From a bacterium (lineage in GTDB: Bacteria > RBG-13-61-14 > DATKZS01), in contig CAXXFL010000004.1 in NCBI GenBank assembly GCA_963674965.2, positions 320,001 to 384,000 on the forward strand: a stretch of 64,000 nt of DNA, written 5' to 3'. Positions within the stretch are counted from its first letter, which is position 1. Each line of letters opens with the position of its first letter. The notes beneath the pieces are model-generated. The model was not told the DNA's origin, made no database searches, and saw nothing but the letters and a program-made list of their open reading frames with translations. This document shows, piece by piece, positions 18,502 through 29,526 of the stretch. The position numbers and the translations under genes are program-made.

Positions 18502-19884
18502 CTAGAGGGAAACAATTCCACCCCTGTCCATGTCCGGTCCCTTCGGGCCCCCGTCGTCCTCGGACCTGTGCCTGTCCACCGTCCGCTTGAGCAGCTCGAC
18601 GAAAAACCTGGGAGGGGCCGACTCGCGGTCCAGAGCGGCCAGCCCCGCGGCCGCCGCCACGCGCGCCTCCTCCTCGTCCCCGATCCTGAAAAGGACCACG
18701 GCGCAGTTGAACAGACGGCCGGCGTACAAGTCCCTGCCCCTTATATCCAGCAGGTCTTTGGCTTCCCGCTCGTAGATACTCATCTCTCTTTCGAGTCTTT
18801 GCGAGGCGGAAAGTTCAATGGGTGACGTCTGCATGTCCTCAATCTCCGCCATCACCCTGCCCTCAACCAGGGGCTCGATCATCCAGTCCTCGAAGAGCCG
18901 GTGAGACAAAAGCTCGGCGCTCCGGGCCGCCAGCCCCTTTTCCTTAGCTATTTCCTCGCGGTTTAAAAGGTCCCAGACAAGGTGAGGGCCCTCGGGCTCG
19001 TCGGCCACGCCGATGGCCCTTCTCGAGCTTAAGTATCCCTGCTCCTGGACCTTGCCCCTCAAGGTCCCCTCCTTCTCCGCCGCGGCGATAAGGCGCCGGG
19101 CAAAAGAGGCGTCCACCTTGACTATTACCGCGTGAGGGTTGCGCTTGGTGGACTCGAGCATCTTCTGGAACCTGGCGACGGACACCTGGTAAGAATCGAA
19201 CTTGAGCACGCCCTCCTCGTCGTTTATCAGCGCCACGGCCAAAGTGTTCTTGCCGAAAATGGTGCGGAAAAGATATATAAAGGTCGTGCCCTCCGGGTCG
19301 GGGGGCGACATGTAAGCCTCGTCCACGTACTCGTCGCGCTCGGCCATAATGAACTTCTCACCCGACTCGTCCTTGATCACCGCCCCCGCGCTCTTGGCCT
19401 TGTGCAGGGCCTTGGCCAACTCCTTGGCCTTCTCCCGGGAGGGCGCCGCGTCCTTAAGCGCGGCCAGGAGGTCGGGCCGCATCCAGTCGGTCAGGTGCTC
19501 GACGACGGCTTTTTGCGCGGGACCCGAGAAACTGAAGAACTCGGCGGGGTCGCAGGAGGACTCGCTCTCATCGCAAAGCAGCGACCAGGCCTCGAGCTTT
19601 TCCGCCAGGCCCTCCTCGACGGGCCTGCCCAGTTCCTTCATGGACCGGGAAAGGGATATCATGGCCAGAAGGCCGGCCTTGCCGCTCCCGTACAGCTTCT
19701 CTACCGCCTCGGCCACGCCCTCCTCGCCTAGAAACCCGCCCAGCTTCTCGGCCACCTTCACCTGCTCGTCTCCATGCAGCTTGGGAAAGCGCTTCCCTAT
19801 TTCCTCGAAGGTCTTCTCCCAGTCCATGAGCCCGGGATGGGCCGCCATGAAGAGGTCGTACCACTCCTTGTTGCTTATCGACAT
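18502..19884 (-). CDS. Hypothetical alpha-helical protein
   Basis: 460-aa ORF with GGGAG SD and host-like codon usage; no motif recognised. Confidence 0.7.
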   Translation of the reverse strand: MSISNKEWYDLFMAAHPGLMDWEKTFEEIGKRFPKLHGDEQVKVAEKLGGFLGEEGVAEAVEKLYGSGKAGLLAMISLSRSMKELGRPVEEGLAEKLEAWSLLCDESESSCDPAEFFSFSGPAQKAVVEHLTDWMRPDLLAALKDAAPSREKAKELAKALHKAKSAGAVIKDESGEKFIMAERDEYVDEAYMSPPDPEGTTFIYLFRTIFGKNTLAVALINDEEGVLKFDSYQVSVARFQKMLESTKRNPHAVIVKVDASFARRLIAAAEKEGTLRGKVQEQGYLSSRRAIGVADEPEGPHLVWDLLNREEIAKEKGLAARSAELLSHRLFEDWMIEPLVEGRVMAEIEDMQTSPIELSASQRLEREMSIYEREAKDLLDIRGRDLYAGRLFNCAVVLFRIGDEEEARVAAAAGLAALDRESAPPRFFVELLKRTVDRHRSEDDGGPKGPDMDRGGIVSL

Positions 19885-19932
19885 TGTTACTCCCGTTATT
19901 TAATTTGTCCGCCGCCGCTGGAGCGGTGGGCC

Positions 19933-21069
19933 CTACTTTACAAAGGTCGCCTCGAAAACTCCCTCGGCCGTGAACTTCTCGTTGATGCCCTTGCCGGGCA
20001 TGACCAGATGATAATCGACCTCGGCGTTCTGGCGCGTGAAGACCGGGGCGCTTACGAACTTCTCGGCCACCGCCCGGATGAATCCGGGCAGGTTGTCCAT
20101 GGCGTCGATGGCCCCGATGTACTTGACTCCCCTAAGTTCCCCCGTAAGACGGCACTCGGGCTCGTCAATCTTGAAATTGAAAACGGTGGGGAACTGATAA
20201 CCCCTCCTCTCCTCCGCCTGGAAGCTGGAGGGCTCGTATTGCCATTTGTCCGTGGCGTACAATATCTCATCTCCCTTCATTACAAGTATCCAGGTGGACC
20301 TTTCGTAAGAGTGCTTTTCCGTCGCGATGTAATCGAGGAAATTGATCGAGTATTCGTCGCTGAAAGACCGAAGCGCGTAGAGCTTGCTTAGCTGCTCGGT
20401 GGGAAACACGCTTTGCGTGTTATGGTCCGAGTATCCCCACCCCTTGATCTTCCTCTCCTTCCCGCCGATGACCACGGTCCCCTCCACGTCGGCCCAGGGT
20501 ATCATCACGATAAGGTCGTACCAGGGGCCGTCGGGCGCGCCGTAATGCACCGGGCCCTCGCCGGGACGCCAGCCGGGAGTCCGGAGATTGAAATGAATGT
20601 CCCCCTTCATGGCCGGCCGGTCTTCGTCGGCCTCGAAATCGACGTGCACGTCAAACTCGGGATAATAGCCCTTCCAGTAATTGGGGCCCATCTTGAAATA
20701 AGGCGGGTCGTCCTGGTAGCTCATGGCCTCCGCCGGATAAAGGGACTGGTTATAGGAAAGGTTGCCGTCCGCGTCGGAAAAGGCGAAATACAGCCCCCTT
20801 TCCTCCTTGATGTAAAGCTTCCAGTAGGTGAACTGGATCATCATGCTCGACTTGTCATCCAGGTAGCACATGAAAGTGTAAGTCCAGGAGAAAAAACCGC
20901 CCGGGCTTTCCATGGGCTTCAACTCTTCCTTTGTCAGGCCCTTGTCGGCCCGGGTCGCGACCCCGCCCTTGAAATTGTATACGCCCTTGTCGGCTTTGTC
21001 GGCCCGAGCCACCCCGCAAACGAGAAGGTGCAAGGCCAAAAGGAAAAGGAACGCGCGTTTTCGTTTCAT
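19933..21069 (-). CDS. Secreted CrtC/AttH/Svf1-like lipocalin-fold protein
   Basis: Start moved to MKRKRAFLFLL (signal peptide, AAGGGG SD); VEGTVVIGGKERKIKGWGYSDHN motif. Confidence 0.6.
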   Translation of the reverse strand: MKRKRAFLFLLALHLLVCGVARADKADKGVYNFKGGVATRADKGLTKEELKPMESPGGFFSWTYTFMCYLDDKSSMMIQFTYWKLYIKEERGLYFAFSDADGNLSYNQSLYPAEAMSYQDDPPYFKMGPNYWKGYYPEFDVHVDFEADEDRPAMKGDIHFNLRTPGWRPGEGPVHYGAPDGPWYDLIVMIPWADVEGTVVIGGKERKIKGWGYSDHNTQSVFPTEQLSKLYALRSFSDEYSINFLDYIATEKHSYERSTWILVMKGDEILYATDKWQYEPSSFQAEERRGYQFPTVFNFKIDEPECRLTGELRGVKYIGAIDAMDNLPGFIRAVAEKFVSAPVFTRQNAEVDYHLVMPGKGINEKFTAEGVFEATFVK

Positions 21070-21209
21070 CCGGTAATCCCCCTTACAGCGGACGTGCCCT
21101 TGGACGGCGGATGGAACGCCCGCCGCGCCCTCGCGACCCAAGGAAATAGTATGATAACACAAATAGCGGCCCGCGCTAAAGGTTTTGCCGCGAGACTGGG
21201 AATCGCCCG

Positions 21210-22643
21210 TTAAAACTGGAAATAAATAAAAGGAGACGAGGCCGAGGAGAGAAGACTGAAAAGGGCCAGGGCCAGGGCCAGAATGGCCCCCTGCGCCGAG
21301 GGGGGAAGTCCCGTGAAGGCCGTCTTCATCTTTTCCTTCAACTCGGGGGAGGAAAAATGGAGGAAATAACCGAAGATCAGGACCGCCAGGACCTTGGCGC
21401 CCGGAGTTCCCACGCTGGTAAGAGGGCCGGTGGCCAGCTTCGAGACCATGACGGCGGCCTTTTCCATCGAGCCGCACCTGAACACAATCCATCCAATGCA
21501 GACGAGATGGAAAGTGACAAGGCGGGAGATAAAGATCGCGGCCTTACCCGCGTCATCTTTGTCTTGTCCCCTTTTCTCTTGCCAAAGGCGGGTAACGGCG
21601 AGAAGAACGCCGTGATAGGCGCCCCAGATGAGGAAGGTCCACGCGGCCCCGTGCCACAGGCCCCCAAGCGTCATGGTGACCATGAGGGCGAGCAGCATCC
21701 GGGCCCGTCCCTTTTTGTTTCCGCCCAGGCTGATATAGAGGTAATCACGAAGCCAAGTGGAAAGGCTGATATGCCATCTTCTCCAGAAGTCGCGGAGGTT
21801 GGCAGCCAGGTAGGGCCGGTTGAAGTTGACGGGTATATTAAGGCCCAAGATCCTGGCGCTTCCTATGGCAATGTCCGTGTAGCCGGAGAAGTCGCAGTAT
21901 ATCTGGAGGGCGTACCCGTACATGGCCAGCCAGGCCAGGGGCAGCCCGACCCTCGAGGGATCGGAGAAGGCCCGGTCAACATAAGCCTCGGCCAGAACGT
22001 CGGCGATGACTATCTTCTTGAACAGGCCGCAAAGGACCTGGAAAAGGCCGGACCCGATTTTTTCCCAGTCCCGGTCGGGCCCCCTTGCAAACTGGGGCAA
22101 GAGATTGTCCGACCTGACGATGGGCCCGGCCACGAGCTGCGGAAAAAAGGATATATACAGGGCGAAGTCCTTGAGAGAACGGGTGGCCGCCGTATGACCC
22201 CGGTAAACGTCGATAACGTAGGACAAACCCTGAAAAGTGTAAAAGGATATGCCCACGGGGAGAACGAACCGGACCGCCGGCTCCGTCCATGACGCGCCCA
22301 TCCAGGAAAGGGCCTCCGAGACCGACCCCGTGAAAAAACCGAAGTACTTGAAAACGGCCAGGGCCAAAAGCCCTCCCCCCGCGGCCAGGACCAGCCAGGC
22401 CTTGGCCACGCCCGGCTTGCCCCGCGACCGGCTCCTCTCGATCATCAGGCCCGAGACGAAATCGAGGAGAGTTACAGCCAAGATGAGAAGAAGATACGAG
22501 GCGTTCCATCTCGAGTAGAAAAAGTAGCTCGCGCCCAGCAGAAACCACGTTCTGAGGCCCCGTGCCTTCGACTCGGACAGCGCCCACCAGGCGATGAAAA
22601 CGGCGGCCAGGAAGAGCCCGTATTCTGTGGAATTGAAGGACAT
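21210..22643 (-). CDS. MBOAT O-acyltransferase (AlgI/DltB-like)
   Basis: LPVGISFYTFQ, FFPQLVAGPI, DFSGYTD, FWRRWHISLS, GLWHGA. Confidence 0.93.
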   Translation of the reverse strand: MSFNSTEYGLFLAAVFIAWWALSESKARGLRTWFLLGASYFFYSRWNASYLLLILAVTLLDFVSGLMIERSRSRGKPGVAKAWLVLAAGGGLLALAVFKYFGFFTGSVSEALSWMGASWTEPAVRFVLPVGISFYTFQGLSYVIDVYRGHTAATRSLKDFALYISFFPQLVAGPIVRSDNLLPQFARGPDRDWEKIGSGLFQVLCGLFKKIVIADVLAEAYVDRAFSDPSRVGLPLAWLAMYGYALQIYCDFSGYTDIAIGSARILGLNIPVNFNRPYLAANLRDFWRRWHISLSTWLRDYLYISLGGNKKGRARMLLALMVTMTLGGLWHGAAWTFLIWGAYHGVLLAVTRLWQEKRGQDKDDAGKAAIFISRLVTFHLVCIGWIVFRCGSMEKAAVMVSKLATGPLTSVGTPGAKVLAVLIFGYFLHFSSPELKEKMKTAFTGLPPSAQGAILALALALFSLLSSASSPFIYFQF

Positions 22644-22814
22644 GATTATTCGGAAAAGGCCCGGAATTGCGCGCCAGGCCAGCGAGGGAGATTATATTTC
22701 AAGAGCCCGCGCCTGGCAAGGACCATGGGGCGAGCCGTTGCGAACGATCTCGGGTTTTGCTAGGATTTTAATCCAGGAGACTATAGACCCCTCACCTGGT
22801 AAAAGGAGGCCGTC

Positions 22815-23408
22815 ATGAGTAAGGGATTAATTTTCTTGATAGTGGCGATAGCGTTGATTTTTCCCGCGGGCGCGGGGATATTTTCCTCACGGGCTTCGGC
22901 CGCGGGGGCGAATAAAAAAGAGCTTCGAGTCGTCGAAAAGGTGGACCTCGGGCGCTACCTTGGCGACTGGTTCACCATCGCCAGGATTCCCAATCCCTGG
23001 TCCGGCCGCTGCGCCGGCGGATACCCCCTTAACTACACCCTTAGCGAGGATGGCGATATCAACGTCCTGAACCGCTGTTACCTTAAGGACGGGAGCGTCT
23101 GGAACGTCAGGGGGCGGGCCTGGGTGACGGACACAAAAACCAACGCCAAACTGAAAGTCACCTTTTTTCCGCCTTTTTCCTGGAAGCTTTTCGCGGCCAA
23201 GTACTATATCATCGACCTGGGCGAAAACTACGAGTACGTGGTGGTGGGACATCCGAACCGCAAAGTCGCCTGGATCAACGCCAGAACCACCTCCCTTCCC
23301 GACGAGGTTATGAGGGGAATAATCGAGCGCCTCGAGGACCAGGGCTACGACTACGATAAATTCGAGAAAGTCGACTGGACCACCTACGAAGAAAAGGAGG
23401 GGAAATAA
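22815..23408 (+). CDS. Lipocalin (Blc-like)
   Basis: VDLGRYLGDWFTIARIP, NAKLKVTF, YYIIDLGENYEY, WINART. Confidence 0.88.
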   Translation: MSKGLIFLIVAIALIFPAGAGIFSSRASAAGANKKELRVVEKVDLGRYLGDWFTIARIPNPWSGRCAGGYPLNYTLSEDGDINVLNRCYLKDGSVWNVRGRAWVTDTKTNAKLKVTFFPPFSWKLFAAKYYIIDLGENYEYVVVGHPNRKVAWINARTTSLPDEVMRGIIERLEDQGYDYDKFEKVDWTTYEEKEGK

Positions 23409-23646
23409 GAAAAACCATGGGGGCGGGCCCCGGCGAAAAAGCATATCCTGCTTGAGGTCCAATCCGTGATTCCAATTATATAAAGCCGGCTCCGGCCAGG
23501 CCTGACAAATTATCCTTTCTATAAAACGGAAGACTTGTAAGCTTTCGTTATACAAAGGAAAAATATTTCTCTTCCCCAGTGTAACAAAATCCTCGATCCA
23601 ACCACTAATCATTACGAAAAGTAAATATAATGCCGGAGAGTGAAAA

Positions 23647-25053
23647 ATGAGGTTGATAGATATAATGAGCGGTTTTTTAAGGCCTTTGTGCTTTTCCATA
23701 GTTCTCGTTCTCGCCGTATTTCCTTTGCATGAGGCGGCCGGCGAGACGTCTTTCGCGAATGAAGGACCTGGTTTAATGGGCGATATCACCCTGCCCGGGT
23801 CCATTCAGACCGCACTCGAGAACAACCTGGACCTTAGGCTGTCCAAAAACTCGGTCGAGTCAGGCCAGATAGGCGTAAGCTCGGCGAAAAGCGTTTTCCT
23901 TCCCGACCTTAGCGCCAACGCTTCCCTGTCCGAGAAGTGGAGCGGGAAATACGACGCCGCCTCGGATCACACTGACCGCGTCTCGAGCGACTCCTTTGAC
24001 ACCAGTCTCAAATCGAGCCTTCTTCTTTTCAACGGCATGGCCAACGTGAACGGCCTTAAGAAAGCCCGCTCCGACCTTGGCGCCTCCGAGTTGGAATACG
24101 CCCGTCTTCAGGATTCGGTAATTTACGAGACGGCCTCGGCCTTTCTCCAGGTCTCGGCCGGGGGCGAGATGATCCAGGTCGCGAGGGACAGGCTGGAGAC
24201 AAAGGCCAAAGAACTCGAGCGCGTCGAGGCTTTCTACAAGAGCGGCAAAAGGCCCGTGTCCGACTTTCTGCAGCAGAAGGCCGACATAGCCCAGGCCGAG
24301 CAGGACCTTCTTGACGCCGAGCGCGACTTCGACGCGGGCAAGCTCAGCCTGCTCCAGTTGATGGGCATCCAGTCAAAAGGCGAGCTAACCTTGGCCGACC
24401 CCGGCCGGGACCGGCTGATGGAGAAGTTCCAGACCGGGCTTAAGGAGCCCGAGCTTGGCGAGGCCCTGGCCTCGAGGGCGGATTACCTGGCGCAAAAAAA
24501 GCGCCTCGAGTCGGGAGAGCTTGGATTGAAGACGGCCAAGGCCGGCAGGTGGCCCACCGTCAACCTCAGCGCGACCGCGGGCTCGAACTACTCGAGCGCC
24601 GTGGAGAACCTTGATTTCGACCGCCAGTACGGCGAGGTCAACCCCTATCTTTCGGTGGGGGTCAACGCCTCGGTCCCCATCTTCGATAAGAAATCGACCA
24701 GGAACGAGGTGGCCCAGGCCAGGACGTCATTATCCAACCAGGACATAGCGCTGAGGAGTCTCGAGCTGGAGATATCCAACCAGCTCAGGCTCGCCTGGCT
24801 CGACTACCAGAAGTCGCTCAAGGCGAGGAAGACCGCCGAGGCCAGGCTCGAGTACGCGTCCCAGGCCCTCGAGGCGGCCCGGGCCAGATACGACGTGGGC
24901 CTTATTACCTACATCGAGCTGAGTCAGGCGAGGTCGGACGAGCTCGAGGCGGCTTACAACAAGATCAAGTCCGATTACGACGTGCTTCTCGCCGGACTGA
25001 ACGTCCTTAACCAGAGCGGCGAGATAGTGGACGCTCTCGAGTGGATGGAATAA
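23647..25053 (+). CDS. TolC-family outer membrane efflux protein
   Basis: ALENNLDL, FLPDLS, PTVNLS, VPIFD, ARYDVG. Confidence 0.92.
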   Translation: MRLIDIMSGFLRPLCFSIVLVLAVFPLHEAAGETSFANEGPGLMGDITLPGSIQTALENNLDLRLSKNSVESGQIGVSSAKSVFLPDLSANASLSEKWSGKYDAASDHTDRVSSDSFDTSLKSSLLLFNGMANVNGLKKARSDLGASELEYARLQDSVIYETASAFLQVSAGGEMIQVARDRLETKAKELERVEAFYKSGKRPVSDFLQQKADIAQAEQDLLDAERDFDAGKLSLLQLMGIQSKGELTLADPGRDRLMEKFQTGLKEPELGEALASRADYLAQKKRLESGELGLKTAKAGRWPTVNLSATAGSNYSSAVENLDFDRQYGEVNPYLSVGVNASVPIFDKKSTRNEVAQARTSLSNQDIALRSLELEISNQLRLAWLDYQKSLKARKTAEARLEYASQALEAARARYDVGLITYIELSQARSDELEAAYNKIKSDYDVLLAGLNVLNQSGEIVDALEWME

Positions 25054-25072
25054 AGGGCTGAAAGGAAATCCA

Positions 25073-26317
25073 ATGAAAAAGAAAATCATCCTGGCCGCGG
25101 CGGTTTTGGTGGCGGCCTTGCTCGTGGTCCTCAAGTTCGCCGCGCCCGGACTTCAGGCTCGAGCGCCCGAGTTTAAGTTCGCCGAGCTGACAAGGGGGGA
25201 CGTGGAGGAGACCATCTCCTGCAGCGGCACGCTCAATCCCGTCAACTCGGTCGAGGTTGGCACCCAGATATCGGGCATCGTGGCCCAGGTCCTGGTCGAT
25301 TATAACGACGAGGTCAAGGAAGACCAGCTTCTGGCGGTGCTGGACACGGCCGTGCTCGAGGAGGACGTAAAGGAGGCGCGAGCCAAGCTCGACTCGGCCC
25401 AGGCCCAGTATGGCGAGGCCCTGGCCGAGTACCGGCGCCACAAGCCGCTACTTAAAAAAGGTTACGTTTCGGAGTCGGAGTTCCTTCCCATCTCGACCAG
25501 TCTGCAGACGGCCAGGTCCGGAGTCGAGACGGCCAAGGCCTCCCTCCAGCGCGCCGAGCGCAACCTGGGCTACGCGCACATCAAGTCGCCCATCGACGGC
25601 GTGGTCATATCGAGGAACGTCGAGGTCGGACAGACCATGGCCGCCAGCCTCAACGCTCCCACCTTGTTCGTGATCGCGGGCAACCTCTCGAACATGGAGA
25701 TCATCGCCCAGGTGGACGAGAGCGACGTAAGCCTGGTCAAGGAGGGCCAGGAGGTCAGGTTCGAGGTCCAGTCCTTTCCCGACCGGGACTTCCCCGGAGT
25801 GGTCGAGAAGATAAGGCTGCAGCCCGTCACCGTGTCCAACGTGGTCAACTACGAGGTGGTCATAAAAACGGCCAACGAAAAGGAACTCCTCCTTCCCGGC
25901 ATGACGGCGGAAATCGAGTTCATCGTCAAAAGCGCGAAAAACGCCCTCCTCGCCCCCAACTCGGCCCTGGCCTTCAGGCCCTCCGAGGAAATACGCGCCG
26001 AGCTCAGGAAAAGGAAAGGTCCCGGGCAAGCGGGAAAACGCCCAGCGCCGAGCGGGGAGAAAAAGGAAGCGAAAGGATCGAGCGCCTCGGGCAAAGGGAC
26101 CCTCTGGCACGTGAACGAAAAGGGAGAGATCGACATGGCCAGGGTATCTCTTGGCATGACGGACGGCTCCTTTACTCAGATAATGGAAGCGGGACGATTG
26201 AAGGAGGGCGATCCCGTGATAACGGGCCTGGCCGACTCGGAGGACTCGGGGTCCAGTTCCAAGAAATCCTTCTCCCTTCTGCCCCGCCCCAGGGGCGGAA
26301 GAGGTCCCCGGTTTTGA
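25073..26317 (+). CDS. Efflux periplasmic adaptor (MacA-like)
   Basis: VEVGTQISG, IKSPIDGVV, VDESDV, LLPGMTA. Confidence 0.93.
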   Translation: MKKKIILAAAVLVAALLVVLKFAAPGLQARAPEFKFAELTRGDVEETISCSGTLNPVNSVEVGTQISGIVAQVLVDYNDEVKEDQLLAVLDTAVLEEDVKEARAKLDSAQAQYGEALAEYRRHKPLLKKGYVSESEFLPISTSLQTARSGVETAKASLQRAERNLGYAHIKSPIDGVVISRNVEVGQTMAASLNAPTLFVIAGNLSNMEIIAQVDESDVSLVKEGQEVRFEVQSFPDRDFPGVVEKIRLQPVTVSNVVNYEVVIKTANEKELLLPGMTAEIEFIVKSAKNALLAPNSALAFRPSEEIRAELRKRKGPGQAGKRPAPSGEKKEAKGSSASGKGTLWHVNEKGEIDMARVSLGMTDGSFTQIMEAGRLKEGDPVITGLADSEDSGSSSKKSFSLLPRPRGGRGPRF

Positions 26318-26342
26318 CGACAATGGACCCGGCGAGGCGGCC

Positions 26343-27110
26343 ATGGATAATGTAATCGAAACCAGGAAGATGACCAAGACCTACCAGATGGGAGACGTCA
26401 AGGTCGAGGCCCTGCGGGGAGTGGACCTGACCATCTCGAGGGGAGAATACGTGGCCATTATGGGGTCCTCGGGCTCGGGCAAATCCACCCTCCTCAACCT
26501 CCTGGGATGCCTGGACTCCCCCACCTCGGGCGAGTACTTCCTGGAGGGAAAGAACGTGAGCGACATGGACATGAGGGGTTACGCCGACGCCCGCAACGAG
26601 AAGATCGGGTTCGTTTTCCAGATGTTCAACCTCCTTCCCCGGACCTCTTCCATCGAGAACGTCGAGCTGCCCCTGCTCTACGACCGTTCGGGCAGGATCA
26701 AGGACCACCGCAAGGCCGCCGCCGAGGCGCTCGAGAGGGTGGGACTGGCCGACCGGGCCCATCATTTTCCCCACCAGCTCTCGGGCGGACAGCAACAGCG
26801 GGTGGCCATCGCCCGGGCCCTGGTGAACAGGCCCGCCATCATCCTGGCCGACGAGCCCACCGGCAACCTGGACACCAAGACCTCGATCGAGGTCATGGCC
26901 CTCTTCAAGGAACTCAGCGAGGAGGGCAAGACCATCGTTATCGTCACCCACGAGCCGGACATAGCGGCCCATACCAAGCGGCTGGTCGAGGTAAGGGACG
27001 GCCTTATTAACGGCGACTATGAGATAGTTGGCGGCAAGATCAGGGGCGAGCAAGCCTCGGCCGCGAGGGGAGGGATCGCCCGGTCCCTCCTCCCGGCCGA
27101 CGCCTCGTGA
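26343..27110 (+). CDS. ABC transporter ATP-binding subunit (MacB-like)
   Basis: [34 protein letters not shown]. Confidence 0.96.
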   Translation: MDNVIETRKMTKTYQMGDVKVEALRGVDLTISRGEYVAIMGSSGSGKSTLLNLLGCLDSPTSGEYFLEGKNVSDMDMRGYADARNEKIGFVFQMFNLLPRTSSIENVELPLLYDRSGRIKDHRKAAAEALERVGLADRAHHFPHQLSGGQQQRVAIARALVNRPAIILADEPTGNLDTKTSIEVMALFKELSEEGKTIVIVTHEPDIAAHTKRLVEVRDGLINGDYEIVGGKIRGEQASAARGGIARSLLPADAS

Positions 27111-27126
27111 ACGAACGGGATGGAAC

Positions 27127-28347
27127 ATGAGACAGATGATCAACATGCTCAAGACGGCGGGAAAAAGCATACTTAAAAACCGCACGCGAAGCCTTCTCAC
27201 CTCGCTGGGAATCATCATCGGCATATCCTCGGTCATCGTGCTGGTCGCCATAGGGGAGGGATCGAGGGTGCAGATCGAGGGCGAGATAAACTCCCTGGGC
27301 ACCAACCTTCTGATGGTAAGGCCGGGAGGGAGGAGATCGGGCGGAGTCAGCCTGGGCGCCGGATCGATGAACAGCCTGACCTTCGACGACGTGGAGAAAA
27401 TAAAATCCAAGTCCTCCCTTATCAAGCTGGCCTCTCCGGTGGTGACCTCCAACGAGCAGATAGTGGGTGGAAGCGGAAACTGGAACACCAGAATATACGG
27501 CGTGTCGCCGGAATATTTCGAGATCAGGGACTGGGAAATCGAGCAAGGTTCTTTTTTTACCGACAAGGATTTGAAAGGCAAGAAAAAGGTCGCCCTCCTC
27601 GGCAAGACCGTGGCCGACGAGCTTTTTCCCGACCAGGACCCGACCGGGCAAAAGATCAGGATAAGGAACATCCCCTTCAAGGTGGTGGGAACGCTCAAGG
27701 GCAAGGGCCAAAGCGGCATGGGCCAGGACCAGGACGACATGATCCTGGCGCCGGCCACCACGGTGCTATACCGTCTGAAGGGCGGCCGGAACATCGACAT
27801 GATCAACCTGAGTTCGATCACCATGGACGACACTTACAAGGCGGAGGAGGAGGTGGCCTCCATTCTTCGCGATTCCCACCGCCTGAGCGCGGGACAGGAG
27901 GACGACTTCGATATCCGGAACCAGGCCGAGATTCTGGATACCATGAACGAGGTCACGGGCGTAATCACCACCCTTCTCGGGTCGATCGCGGGAGTCTCCC
28001 TTCTCGTGGGCGGAATCGGGATCATGAACATCATGCTGGTGTCGGTCACGGAAAGAACGCGGGAGATCGGCATCCGTCTTTCGGTGGGCGCCAGAAAGAG
28101 CGACATAATGATCCAGTTCCTCGTCGAGGCCATAGTGCTAAGCCTGGTGGGAGGACTTATAGGCGTCCTGCTTGCCCTGGCCATCACCGGGATACTTAAC
28201 GCCTATTCATCCATCAACGCCGTGATCCAGATGAAGATAATTCTCATCTCCTTTTTGTTCTCCGGGGCGGTGGGCGTATTCTTCGGTTATTACCCCGCCA
28301 GGAAGGCGTCTTCTTTAAATCCCATCGACGCTCTAAGATATGAATGA
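27127..28347 (+). CDS. ABC transporter permease (MacB/FtsX-like)
   Basis: RSLLTSLGIIIG, GGIGIMNIMLVSVTERTREIGIR, NPIDALRYE; start moved to MRQMINML. Confidence 0.95.
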   Translation: MRQMINMLKTAGKSILKNRTRSLLTSLGIIIGISSVIVLVAIGEGSRVQIEGEINSLGTNLLMVRPGGRRSGGVSLGAGSMNSLTFDDVEKIKSKSSLIKLASPVVTSNEQIVGGSGNWNTRIYGVSPEYFEIRDWEIEQGSFFTDKDLKGKKKVALLGKTVADELFPDQDPTGQKIRIRNIPFKVVGTLKGKGQSGMGQDQDDMILAPATTVLYRLKGGRNIDMINLSSITMDDTYKAEEEVASILRDSHRLSAGQEDDFDIRNQAEILDTMNEVTGVITTLLGSIAGVSLLVGGIGIMNIMLVSVTERTREIGIRLSVGARKSDIMIQFLVEAIVLSLVGGLIGVLLALAITGILNAYSSINAVIQMKIILISFLFSGAVGVFFGYYPARKASSLNPIDALRYE

Positions 28348-28584
28348 CGTATAGCCGTCCGGGTCGGCTCGTAATCTTGTGCATATATTTGCCCGGATAC
28401 CGGCAATTTTCGCGCGGGCTTGTTATTCGCCCGTTAAATCTCCATTTAAGATATATACCATCATCACTTACAAGAAAGAACATTTGACAAAAGGGAAAAT
28501 AAATGCTAAATGAAAACCGCCGAGGAAATATTCGCGTATTCATCCTGGTAAATATGTTTAAATTGTTGGTTTACAAGGCAAATC

Positions 28585-29526
28585 ATGAACTTTCAGGACC
28601 TGATCCTCACGCTGCAAAACTACTTTGCAAAAAGGGGATGTCTAATCGTACAACCTTATGATATCGAAGTCGGAGCGGGAACTTTCAACCCCTCGACTTT
28701 TCTTCGCTCGATCGGGCCCGAGCCGTGGAACGCGGCTTACGTCGAGCCTTCCCGGCGTCCAACTGACGGAAGATACGGAGAAAATCCCAATCGTCTCCAG
28801 CATTACTATCAGTTTCAGGCCATCATGAAGCCATCGCCCCCGGATATCCAGGACATATATCTGGACAGCCTCAGGGCCATCGGCGTAGACCCTTGCGCCC
28901 ATGACGTGCGCTTCGTGGAGGACGACTGGGAATCTCCCACTTTAGGCGCCTGGGGCCTGGGCTGGGAAGTGTGGGTGGACGGCATGGAATGCACCCAGTT
29001 CACCTACTTCCAGCAATGCGGGGGCATCGACCTCTCGCCCATCTCCGTCGAGCTCACCTACGGGCTCGAGCGCATCTGCATGTACCTGCAGGACGTGGAC
29101 AACGTTTACGACCTGGCCTGGAACGACGAGTTCTCCTATGGGGACGTGCATCACCGCGGCGAGGTCGAGTGGAGCGGGTACAACTTCGAGAAGGCCGACG
29201 TTGACTCCCTTTTCCGGCATTTCGACGACTGGGAAAAAGAGAGTATCAGGCTCGCCGACCTGGGACTTGTCCTGCCCGCTTACGACGCCTGTCTCAAGTG
29301 CTCACACGCCTTCAACCTCCTCGACGCCAGGGGCGCCATCAGCGTGACCGAAAGGGTGACGAGGATACTCAGGGTCAGGGACCTGGCCGGAAGCTGCGCC
29401 CGCCTGTGGGAAAGGCAGCGCTACGATCTGGGCTTTCCCCTCATCAAGGAAGCGAAGGAAAAAGCCGACTGGCTTCAAAAGTACGAGGGAAAATTCGGGG
29501 ATAAGGAGCAGGAAAATGGGAAATGA
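28585..29526 (+). CDS. glyQ: Glycyl-tRNA synthetase alpha subunit
   Basis: [32 protein letters not shown]. Confidence 0.99.
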   Translation: MNFQDLILTLQNYFAKRGCLIVQPYDIEVGAGTFNPSTFLRSIGPEPWNAAYVEPSRRPTDGRYGENPNRLQHYYQFQAIMKPSPPDIQDIYLDSLRAIGVDPCAHDVRFVEDDWESPTLGAWGLGWEVWVDGMECTQFTYFQQCGGIDLSPISVELTYGLERICMYLQDVDNVYDLAWNDEFSYGDVHHRGEVEWSGYNFEKADVDSLFRHFDDWEKESIRLADLGLVLPAYDACLKCSHAFNLLDARGAISVTERVTRILRVRDLAGSCARLWERQRYDLGFPLIKEAKEKADWLQKYEGKFGDKEQENGK